DNA of 64,000 nucleotides from an uncultured Bacteroidales bacterium (GTDB lineage Bacteria > Bacteroidota > Bacteroidia > Bacteroidales > UBA7960). Below, piece by piece: positions 46,281 to 54,093 of the stretch. A program made the position numbers and the translations under genes. The DNA lies in contig CAYGDW010000008.1 in assembly GCA_964348755.1 (NCBI GenBank), forward strand, positions 505-64,504, written 5' to 3'. The first letter of the stretch is position 1. Each line of letters starts with the position of its first letter. The notes beneath the pieces were generated by a model. The model was given only the letters and a program-made list of their open reading frames with translations. It did not search any database and had not been told where the DNA came from.

Positions 46281-47528
46281 TTATTTAATCTCGACCTTCA
46301 CCTGGCTTCCCATTTTCAAGGCATCAGCCTTAAGCAGCTCTTCAAAGTTTTCGGCCGAAGTGAATTTATGATCAGACAATTCCCAGGCCGAATAGAACCT
46401 ATATTTAGCTGGTTTCTCACCAGACTTCATGCGCACGATAAATGAATGATTAATGTCTTTTGCATTTTCGTCAAGATATTCAAAACCCAGGTAATCATCT
46501 TTGGCAAGCATAATGGCCATGCCAAGGTATTCGCCTTCAATGGCCTGTTGTCCGTGGGTTGACAAGGATACTATTCCATTTTCGTAATCGGCAAAGGCAG
46601 CCTGCTTCTCATTCAGGTCGATGGTGGTAATGCCTGTAACTATGCTTGCATCACTAAAACCTTCGACCCAAACCTGGCCAACATAATACCAGGCACCGCC
46701 ATAGATGGAAATTTGGTGAATAACAGATCCGGTGGTGTTATCAATTTGCCAGTTGTCGAACCTGAATCGCAGAATTGACCTGAGCGGGCCATTGGTTACC
46801 AACTCGTAAGAACCTTGGGAGCCGGGTGCCACCCTGTGGAGTTTTTCGTTCAATTCAACAGCTATTGAGCCTGCCCCTAATGATGTTCCAACCTTCAGAA
46901 TGTCCATTCCCCAGCTCTGCATAGCGTGGTAATCTTCATCAATGCCCACATTGCTGAGTACCATTGCTTTGGTAGTTTTGCCAAAAATATCCATACCATT
47001 GCGTTCATCAAAGTAATTTCGAAAGCCAACGCGGTCGTTTTCCCAACCCGGCCCTTCGAACTGGAACAAGTATTTGGTCTGGCCGTGGTTTTCGCGCGTT
47101 ATGGTTGGGCGTTCAGCCTTTTTTACTTCAAGGTAGCTTCCATTGTTTTGAGGGCTTGCCAGCCAAATATTGCTCCTTTGCTCAAATTCAGGCAATTTTT
47201 CAGGCTTCACCAAGGTGAGTTTTAAACTGGTGGTGGCATTGCCCGGAAGGTTTACAAGTAAGAAGAGTTCATCCCAGTGACCATCAATATCCAGGTCATC
47301 GGCCTGCGATGGAATTATTTCGCCGAATTCTGATTCAATCATGGGAACCAACCCCACGGCAATTTTTCCGGTTTGATTTTCAAGCTCGGCCCTTGTAATA
47401 ACCACGGGCTCATCGACGCGGTCAAAGGGGGAGTCGTTGGTTATAACAATGAAGTACTCCGAGCTCTGGCATCCAATGGTAATGGCGAGCATCAGCAGCA
47501 CCAGCGAATAAACTTTCAAGCTCTTCAT
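46281..47528 (-). CDS. DUF4861-domain lipoprotein
   Basis: Lipobox ITIGCQS. An N-terminus such as FIVITNDSPFDRVDEPVVITRAEL is typical of DUF4861 proteins, which accompany kduI/kduD in Bacteroidota. Confidence 0.7.
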   Translation of the reverse strand: MKSLKVYSLVLLMLAITIGCQSSEYFIVITNDSPFDRVDEPVVITRAELENQTGKIAVGLVPMIESEFGEIIPSQADDLDIDGHWDELFLLVNLPGNATTSLKLTLVKPEKLPEFEQRSNIWLASPQNNGSYLEVKKAERPTITRENHGQTKYLFQFEGPGWENDRVGFRNYFDERNGMDIFGKTTKAMVLSNVGIDEDYHAMQSWGMDILKVGTSLGAGSIAVELNEKLHRVAPGSQGSYELVTNGPLRSILRFRFDNWQIDNTTGSVIHQISIYGGAWYYVGQVWVEGFSDASIVTGITTIDLNEKQAAFADYENGIVSLSTHGQQAIEGEYLGMAIMLAKDDYLGFEYLDENAKDINHSFIVRMKSGEKPAKYRFYSAWELSDHKFTSAENFEELLKADALKMGSQVKVEIK

Positions 47529-47554
47529 GATATCTTGGTTTTGGGTGTATAGAA

Positions 47555-48349
47555 TTATTGTTCGTTGGCTGGCTTTCCTATTGTAGCCAAAATGCCGCCA
47601 TCCACATAAAGAATATGGCCATTTACAAAATTGGATGCGGCCGATGCCAGGAATATGGCAGCTCCCTGCAGCTCTTCGGGCAGGCCCCAGCGCCCGGCCG
47701 GGGTGCGGTGAATGATAAACTCATTGAACGGATGCCCGCCAACCCTGATTGGCGCCGTTTGAGAGGTGGCGAAATAGCCGGGGCCTATGCCGTTTGCCTG
47801 TATGTTGAACCTGGCCCATTCGGTGGCCATGCTGCGGGTAAGCATTTTAAGCCCACCTTTAGCTGCGGCATAAGCCGATACGGTACTACGGCCCAGCTCG
47901 CTCATCATGGAGCAAATGTTGATAATTTTGCCACCCGAGTTGCGTGCAATCATACTTTTTGCTACCGTGCGACCCACAATAAAAGGCCCTACCAGATCAA
48001 TGTCAATAACCTGACGAAACTCTTCCACATCCATTTCAATCATGGGAACACGCTTAATGATCCCAGCATTGTTTACCAGAATATCGATAGGGGCCACTTC
48101 CTTTTCAATCAAAGCAATTTGCTCAATGACCCGTGCTTGGTTGGTTACATCAAAAACATAACCTTTGGCATCAACGCCTTTTTCAGCATAATCTTTGAGC
48201 GAGGCAATTACTTTTTCTGGGGAGCGGTCGTTAATAACTATTTTTGCACCCGCTGCAGCCAACCCAATGGCCATGGCCATGCCAAGGCCGTGCGTTGCAC
48301 CGGTTACAAGTGCTGTTTTACCGCTAATATCAAATAAATTAAGCGACAT
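47555..48349 (-). CDS. kduD: 2-dehydro-3-deoxy-D-gluconate 5-dehydrogenase (SDR)
   Basis: Contains GKTALVTGATHGLG, NNAGI and YAAAKGG. 264 aa, immediately downstream of kduI. Confidence 0.85.
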   Translation of the reverse strand: MSLNLFDISGKTALVTGATHGLGMAMAIGLAAAGAKIVINDRSPEKVIASLKDYAEKGVDAKGYVFDVTNQARVIEQIALIEKEVAPIDILVNNAGIIKRVPMIEMDVEEFRQVIDIDLVGPFIVGRTVAKSMIARNSGGKIINICSMMSELGRSTVSAYAAAKGGLKMLTRSMATEWARFNIQANGIGPGYFATSQTAPIRVGGHPFNEFIIHRTPAGRWGLPEELQGAAIFLASAASNFVNGHILYVDGGILATIGKPANEQ

Positions 48350-48364
48350 AAAACTTTCTCCTTT

Positions 48365-49207
48365 TTATTTAATATCCGAAATTTTTGCAATGTCCATATC
48401 GGCATAGTCGAGGTTTTCGCCGGCCATTCCCCATATAAAGGCATAGTTTGAAGTGCCGGCAGCCGCGTGAATTGACCAGGAAGGCGAAAGCACTGCCTCG
48501 TGGTTTTTCATCCAGATGGGGCGTGTTTCGTGTGGTTGCCCCATAAAGTGGCAAACAGCCTGATTAGCGGCTACATCGAAATAGAAATAAGCTTCCATAC
48601 GGCGCGAGTGCACGTGTGGAGGCATGGTGTTCCAAACGCTGCCAGTTTTAAGCAGGGTCATTCCCATTTGAAGCTGGCAGGTTTCTACCACCCCATTAAT
48701 GATGAGCTGATTAATGGTGCGAACGTTTGAAGTTTCGGGCGTACCCATTTCAAGCTTTCGGGCATCGTTTAGGGTTACCAGCTTGTCGGGGCATGAGCGG
48801 TGTGCCGGGGCGCTGTTAAAATAGAAGTATGCAGGATTTGTTTCAATAAGGCTTTCGAAGGTAAGCAGGCGGTCGCCCATACCCACATACATTGCTTCTT
48901 TAGGCTGTAGGATAAAAACTTTATCCTCAACGGTTACCTTGCCAGGACCGCCCACATTTATAATTCCAAGCTCTCGGCGGTGCAAAAAATACCCGGCTTT
49001 AATGGGGTCGATGGTTTCGAGCGGCAAAGGCTTGCCTGCAGGCACAGCTCCGCCTACAATGTAACGATCGTACATTGAATACACCAGGTTAATTTGGTTT
49101 TCGACAAGAATATTCCCGATCAGGAATTCTTCTCTAATCCTTTTGGTGTCGTATCCTTCAAAATCTTTTGGGTGGGTAGCATATCGAATCTGATAGTTAA
49201 TGGCCAT
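48365..49207 (-). CDS. kduI: 5-dehydro-4-deoxy-D-glucuronate isomerase
   Basis: ERRELGIINVGG, ETCQLQMGMT, WNTMPPHVHSRRMEAYFYF, MGQPHETR and SPSWSIHAAAGT..YAFIWGMAGEN are near-colinear with E. coli KduI. Confidence 0.95.
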   Translation of the reverse strand: MAINYQIRYATHPKDFEGYDTKRIREEFLIGNILVENQINLVYSMYDRYIVGGAVPAGKPLPLETIDPIKAGYFLHRRELGIINVGGPGKVTVEDKVFILQPKEAMYVGMGDRLLTFESLIETNPAYFYFNSAPAHRSCPDKLVTLNDARKLEMGTPETSNVRTINQLIINGVVETCQLQMGMTLLKTGSVWNTMPPHVHSRRMEAYFYFDVAANQAVCHFMGQPHETRPIWMKNHEAVLSPSWSIHAAAGTSNYAFIWGMAGENLDYADMDIAKISDIK

Positions 49208-49228
49208 ATTTTAAATGATTTTATGTAA

Positions 49229-49242
49229 TACAAACGTTTGCG
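49229..49242. promoter_or_regulatory. Degenerate LacI-type operator upstream of kduI
   Basis: TACAAACGTTTGCG has a 10-bp perfect core CAAACGTTTG with a central CG. It lies between the LacI stop (49260) and the kduI start (49207). Confidence 0.45.
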
Positions 49243-49259
49243 CAGAGTTGCTGCAGAAA

Positions 49260-50294
49260 TTAGCTGGTACGGTTTGTCGAACTCCTGGGTATCAGGTGTG
49301 GGTCGAGCATAACGGTGCGTGGAACAAAAGTTTTGGATGAGTTTTTATTTTCAATTTCTTCGACAAGCAAAATTGCAGCCTGGCGGCCCATTTCGAGAGC
49401 GTGTTGGTCGATTGAAGTAAGGGTGGGTGTAATGATTGAGCCAAAAGGTTCGTTGGCAAACCCCACAAAAGCCATATCGTAAGGAACTTTTAAGCCAGCA
49501 TCGAGGGCGCAAAGCATAGCCCCGAGGGCCGAATAATCGCCAGATGAAAACACTGCATCGGGCCTGGGCACCATTTTCAGAATCTGCTGCAAAGCCTCGC
49601 AGCCGGTTTCGCGGGTTATTACCCCATGAAAAATAAGGCCTGGATCAGCATCTAACTTATGTTTTTTTATCGTATCTGTAAATCCCAGGGTGCGGTTTGC
49701 ATACATCTGTATATGCTGGGGGCCGGCAAAATGGGCAATGCGCCTGCATCCTGCAGCAATTAGGTGCTCCACGGCAAGCACTCCCCCCTTGTAGTCGTCA
49801 ATTACCACCTTGCTTGCTCTGAGCGAATCGAGCACCCGGTCGAAAAATACCAGAGGAACGCCTTTGCGGACAAATGGCTCGAAATTTTTTGCATCACCAG
49901 TTTCAATTGAAATTGATGCGATAAGGCCATCGATCTTGCCGGCAAGCAAACTTCGCAACAGGGTTGTTTCTTTCGAAATGGATTCGTACGACTGGCAAAT
50001 CAGCACATTGTAATTGGCCTGTGTAGCCACTTCGTCAATACCACGCAATACCGTGGCAAAGAAATGGCGGTCAACCTGCGGAACCAACACGCCTATGGTG
50101 CGCCCACTACCGGTTCGAAGGCTCAAAGCCCTGAAATCGGGCTGATAATCGACCTTTCGGGCAAGATCCTTCACTTTGCGGCGCATCTTCACGCTAATCC
50201 TGGGATTATCGTTTAAAGCCCTCGATACAGTAGATGCCGTGGTTTTTAATTCTTTGGCAATGTCGTGAATGGTGTATCTTTTTTTAGGACCCAT
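49260..50294 (-). CDS. LacI-family transcriptional regulator (kdu/pectin operon)
   Basis: YTIHDIAKELKTTASTVSRALND is the HTH, followed by a PBP-type sugar-binding domain. 344 aa. Confidence 0.9.
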   Translation of the reverse strand: MGPKKRYTIHDIAKELKTTASTVSRALNDNPRISVKMRRKVKDLARKVDYQPDFRALSLRTGSGRTIGVLVPQVDRHFFATVLRGIDEVATQANYNVLICQSYESISKETTLLRSLLAGKIDGLIASISIETGDAKNFEPFVRKGVPLVFFDRVLDSLRASKVVIDDYKGGVLAVEHLIAAGCRRIAHFAGPQHIQMYANRTLGFTDTIKKHKLDADPGLIFHGVITRETGCEALQQILKMVPRPDAVFSSGDYSALGAMLCALDAGLKVPYDMAFVGFANEPFGSIITPTLTSIDQHALEMGRQAAILLVEEIENKNSSKTFVPRTVMLDPHLIPRSSTNRTS

Positions 50295-50375
50295 GCAGGA
50301 TTCTGTTTTTCAGTGAAACTGAAAGGTTTTTTTCAAAAAAAAAAGTAGTTCTATTTTTATTTCGCCAAAGTTAAT

Positions 50376-50397
50376 TATTTTTGTGCAATCGATTGCA
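50376..50397 (+). promoter_or_regulatory. Bacteroidota -7 promoter box abutting a perfect LacI-type operator upstream of eda and the TRAP genes
   Basis: TATTTTTG (50376-50383) matches the Bacteroides -7 consensus TAnnTTTG. TGCAATCGATTGCA (50384-50397) is a perfect 14-bp palindrome matching the LacI-family pattern TGnAAnCGnTTnCA. The eda ATG is at 50428. Confidence 0.65.
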
Positions 50398-50427
50398 TTA
50401 ATTTATTATAAAAATATTTTGATTGTT

Positions 50428-51102
50428 ATGGCCAGATTCAGTAGGATTCAAGTAGCGCAAACCATGGAGGCCGTTGGAATAATTCCGGTTTTTTACCATC
50501 CAGACCCCGATGTAAGTTTTGAAGTAATCAAAGCCTGTTACAATGGCGGGCTAAACGTTTTTGAACTGACCAACCGGGGCGATTTTGCTCACGAGGTGTT
50601 TGCCCAGGTAAATAAAAGATTGATTGCTGAATTGCCGGATATAATTTTGGGCGCAGGTTCTGTAATGGATGCAGGCACAGCCTCGCTTTACATTCAGTTG
50701 GGTGCAAACTTTATTGTTTCGCCGGTGCTTAATGAAGAAATGGCCAGGGTTTGCAACCGCCGGAAAATTTTATGGTCGCCGGGCTGCGGTTCGCTTTCCG
50801 AAATTTCGAAGGCCGAAGAACTTGGGGCTGAGATCGTGAAGATTTTTCCAGGCGGGCAGGTTGGCGGGCCTGAATTTGTAAAAGCCGTAAAAGGCCCTAT
50901 GCCCTGGACCAGCCTAATGCCCTCCGGAGGTGTTGAGCCAACATTCGAAAACCTGATGGCCTGGTTTTCGGTCGGGGTAGTTTGTGTGGGCATGGGGTCG
51001 AAACTCATTGCAGCTAGGCTGATTAAGGAAAAAAATTACAGCCAGCTTCAGCAAGAGGTGCGCAAGGCAGTAGGCATTTTAGCGCAGGTAAGAGGCACAT
51101 AA
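50428..51102 (+). CDS. eda: 2-dehydro-3-deoxyphosphogluconate / 4-hydroxy-2-oxoglutarate aldolase
   Basis: I chose the ATG at 50428 (MARFSRIQVAQTMEAVGIIPVFYH...). Contains VFELTNRGD, LGAGSVMD, FIVSP and KIFPG. The track start at 50383 is a GTG. Confidence 0.88.
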   Translation: MARFSRIQVAQTMEAVGIIPVFYHPDPDVSFEVIKACYNGGLNVFELTNRGDFAHEVFAQVNKRLIAELPDIILGAGSVMDAGTASLYIQLGANFIVSPVLNEEMARVCNRRKILWSPGCGSLSEISKAEELGAEIVKIFPGGQVGGPEFVKAVKGPMPWTSLMPSGGVEPTFENLMAWFSVGVVCVGMGSKLIAARLIKEKNYSQLQQEVRKAVGILAQVRGT

Positions 51103-51183
51103 ATGCGACCACATTTATAATTTGTTACTTTCGCCTTGTTTATGTTTAAAACCACGATTTGGGATAAACGATTTTTTAACACC

Positions 51184-52215
51184 ATGAAATTTGAAGGTTT
51201 AATAATTTTCAGGACGACATTGCCTTGGGTGGCGGTACTGCTTTTTATGGCATCGTGCCAGCAGCCCGATCAGGTTACGGTACTTAAGCTGGCTCATGGT
51301 CTTGATCAAAGCCATCCGGTGCATCAGGGTATGGCTTTTATGGCCGAAAGGGTTTACGAAAAATCGGGCGGAACCCTGCGCTTAGAAATTTATCCCAGCG
51401 GGCAGCTGGGCACCGAGCGCGAAAATGTGGAGCTCCTTCAAATTGGCAGCCTGGCCATTACCAAGGTTTCGGCAGCCATAATGGAAGGTTTTGCACCAAG
51501 TTACCGTATTTTTGGATTGCCTTATATTTTTACCGGAAGGGAGCATGCCCACAGGGTACTCGACAGCGACATTGGCCGTGAGATCTTGCTTGACAGTGAG
51601 AGATTCTGGCTTCGCGGGCTTACCTTTTACGATGCCGGCAGCCGCAGTTTTTATACAAAAGACAGGCCAATAAACCACCCCAACGATTTGCGTGGATTGA
51701 AAATAAGGGTTATGCAAAGCCCTTCGGCGGTTAATATGGTAAGGGCATTTGGTGGCTCGCCCACCCCTATTTCGTGGGGCGAGTTATACACAGCCTTGCA
51801 AAGTGGCGTGGTTGACGGAGCCGAAAACAACCCACCAAGCTTTTTTCTTTCGCACCATTACGAAGTGTGCCGGTATTACTCGCTCAACGAGCACACTACC
51901 ATACCTGATGTTTTGCTAATAAGCACAAAAATATGGAAAACCCTTAGCCCACAAAAACAGCAATGGCTTCAGGAAGCTGCCAATGAGTCGGCCATACATC
52001 AACGCATACTTTGGGAGGAATCAGAAAAGGAGTCGTTAAGGTTGGCCGAAGAGGCCGGAGTTACCATAATTTATCCCGACAAGGCGCCATTTATCGAACG
52101 GGCGCAGAGCCTGCATGAGGCTCACAAACAGGACGAAAAATTTTACAGCCTGATAAAACGGATAAAGGCATTGCAGCAAACGGCCGTTGAAGCAGAAATT
52201 GCAACCACACAATAA
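51184..52215 (+). CDS. dctP: TRAP transporter substrate-binding protein (DctP family), probable uronate-binding
   Basis: I chose the start MKFEGLIIFRTTLPWVAVLLFMASCQ at 51184. The DctP-like pattern includes LKLAHGLDQSHP, GLKIRVMQSP and WGELYTALQSGVVDGAENN. Confidence 0.85.
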   Translation: MKFEGLIIFRTTLPWVAVLLFMASCQQPDQVTVLKLAHGLDQSHPVHQGMAFMAERVYEKSGGTLRLEIYPSGQLGTERENVELLQIGSLAITKVSAAIMEGFAPSYRIFGLPYIFTGREHAHRVLDSDIGREILLDSERFWLRGLTFYDAGSRSFYTKDRPINHPNDLRGLKIRVMQSPSAVNMVRAFGGSPTPISWGELYTALQSGVVDGAENNPPSFFLSHHYEVCRYYSLNEHTTIPDVLLISTKIWKTLSPQKQQWLQEAANESAIHQRILWEESEKESLRLAEEAGVTIIYPDKAPFIERAQSLHEAHKQDEKFYSLIKRIKALQQTAVEAEIATTQ

Positions 52216-52226
52216 ATTGTGCAGGC

Positions 52227-52709
52227 ATGAAATTTAGAAAATCAATTGATGCGTTTTTAGGAACCCTCGTAATGGTTATCATGGGTATTTTGGTAATAAA
52301 CGTGCTTTGGCAGGTGGCCAGTCGCTTTTTGGTGGGTAGGCCAAGTTCTTTTACCGATGAGCTGGCAGGGTATCTGTTGGTTTGGGTAGGCCTGCTTGGT
52401 GCTGCTTATGTTACAGGGCAAAAAGAACACCTGGCCATTGACCTGATTTCCCAAAAAATGAATGAGAAAAACCAGCGCCGTTTGCAAATACTTATTAATA
52501 TGCTTATTATAGCGTTTGCTTTTGTAGTGCTGATTATTGGAGGATCAAACCTGGTTTACATTACATTTTACCTCGGGCAGATTTCATCGGCACTGCAAAT
52601 TCCAATAGGCTATGTTTACCTGGTACTCCCTGTTAGCGGGCTGTTCATAATTTATTATGCTGCCTCGGATATTTGTCAGGTTTTGGCTTCAAAACAAATA
52701 CTTCAGTAG
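52227..52709 (+). CDS. dctQ: TRAP transporter small permease (DctQ family)
   Basis: 160 aa with four predicted TM helices. Contains ..W..E.a.yl.vW.gllGaay, and it sits between the DctP and DctM genes. Confidence 0.85.
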   Translation: MKFRKSIDAFLGTLVMVIMGILVINVLWQVASRFLVGRPSSFTDELAGYLLVWVGLLGAAYVTGQKEHLAIDLISQKMNEKNQRRLQILINMLIIAFAFVVLIIGGSNLVYITFYLGQISSALQIPIGYVYLVLPVSGLFIIYYAASDICQVLASKQILQ

Positions 52710-52737
52710 TACCCTTTTAGCCTAAAAGTTAAAAAAA

Positions 52738-54033
52738 ATGGAATTTATCGAGATATTGGTTCTGGTTATAAGTTTTGTAGTTTTGCTGGTACTGGGGGTC
52801 CCTATTGCTTACAGCATAGGTATTTCGGGAACCATAACAATGCTGGTTAGCATAATGCCCATACCGGCATTTACCACCCTTGCACAGCGCATGGCTACTG
52901 CATTGGATAGTTTTGCGCTGCTTGCCATACCTTTTTTTATACTTGCAGGGCAGCTAATGAACCAGGGAGGCATTGCACTGAAACTGATTGATTTTGCCAA
53001 GGTGCTGGTAGGGCGGCTGCCCGGTGGATTGGCTTTTGTAAATATTATGGCCAATATGCTATTCGGGGCTATTTCGGGCTCGGCCGCGGCATCGGCTTCA
53101 GCTATTGGCAGTTTTATGACCCCAAAGATGGCCGAAGAGGGTTATGACAGGGGTTTCAGCGCTGCAGTTAATATTACTTCGGCAACTACCGGGCTGGTTA
53201 TACCTCCAAGCAACATTCTGATTGTTTACAGCCTGGCCAGCGGCGGGGTATCTATTGCCGCTCTTTTTCTTGCTGGCTACATTCCCGGAATCATGACCGG
53301 CCTTATGCTTATGGTAGTGGCAGCGGCGGTTGCTTACCGCAAAAATTATCCGGTTGGCGAAAAAGTTGGAGTAAAGCAAGGCCTTTTAAAATTTCTCGAT
53401 GCCATCCCAAGCCTTTTCCTGTTGGTAGTAATAATTGGGGGTATCATTGGCGGATATTTTACAGCAACCGAGGCATCGGCCATTGCAGTGCTCTATACGC
53501 TTATTCTTTCAATAATTTATAAACAAATTAAACCACACCATATTCCAGGCATATTGCTGCGCACGGTTGGAGTTACATCTATTGTTTTATTTCTCGTAGG
53601 CACTTCAATGGGGCTTTCGTGGGTTATGTCGTATGCCAATATACCTCAAAACGTAAGTGAAGGGTTGATGTCAATAAGTTCAGACAAAATTGTTTTGCTT
53701 TTGATTATAAATATTATCCTGTTGTTGGTAGGTACCTTTATGGATATGACTCCCGCCGTCCTGATTTTCACTCCAATTTTTCTGCCTGTAGTGGTCGACC
53801 TGGGCGTTGACCCAATTCACTTCGGAATAATTATGGTGGTAAACCTAAGTGTAGGCCTGTGTACCCCGCCTGTAGGGTCCGTGTTGTTTATCGGTTGCAG
53901 TGTAGCCAAAATTGGTATCGAAAAAGTAATCAGGCCAATGCTGCCGCTATTTGCTGCAATGATTTTTGTGCTGATGCTGGTTACCTATTTTCCGCAGATC
54001 AGCCTTTGGTTACCTCGCATATTAGGGTTCTGA
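52738..54033 (+). CDS. dctM: TRAP transporter large permease (DctM family)
   Basis: 431 aa and polytopic. Contains AIPFFILAG.LM..GG and GAISGSAAA.A.A, both typical of DctM. Confidence 0.9.
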   Translation: MEFIEILVLVISFVVLLVLGVPIAYSIGISGTITMLVSIMPIPAFTTLAQRMATALDSFALLAIPFFILAGQLMNQGGIALKLIDFAKVLVGRLPGGLAFVNIMANMLFGAISGSAAASASAIGSFMTPKMAEEGYDRGFSAAVNITSATTGLVIPPSNILIVYSLASGGVSIAALFLAGYIPGIMTGLMLMVVAAAVAYRKNYPVGEKVGVKQGLLKFLDAIPSLFLLVVIIGGIIGGYFTATEASAIAVLYTLILSIIYKQIKPHHIPGILLRTVGVTSIVLFLVGTSMGLSWVMSYANIPQNVSEGLMSISSDKIVLLLIINIILLLVGTFMDMTPAVLIFTPIFLPVVVDLGVDPIHFGIIMVVNLSVGLCTPPVGSVLFIGCSVAKIGIEKVIRPMLPLFAAMIFVLMLVTYFPQISLWLPRILGF

Positions 54034-54093
54034 CAACTTGAAGTAGTTGTCGGATTTTATTAAATTTGATTATATTAAATGGGGTGATGGCCA

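Noticed and set aside
47558-48337. 259-aa + strand ORF spanning almost all of kduD
   Set aside because: A full-length antisense ORF is common opposite SDR genes because of codon bias. The minus-strand product has the canonical TGxxxGxG and YxxxK motifs, while the + strand product has none.
50308-50344. Hairpin TTTCAGT-GAA-ACTGAAA followed by GG, T7, C and A10 in the lacI/eda divergent region
   Set aside because: It resembles a + strand intrinsic terminator. However, the stem is 7 bp and AT-rich, and no + strand gene lies upstream to terminate. The T7/A10 run is more simply explained as AT-rich promoter-region DNA.
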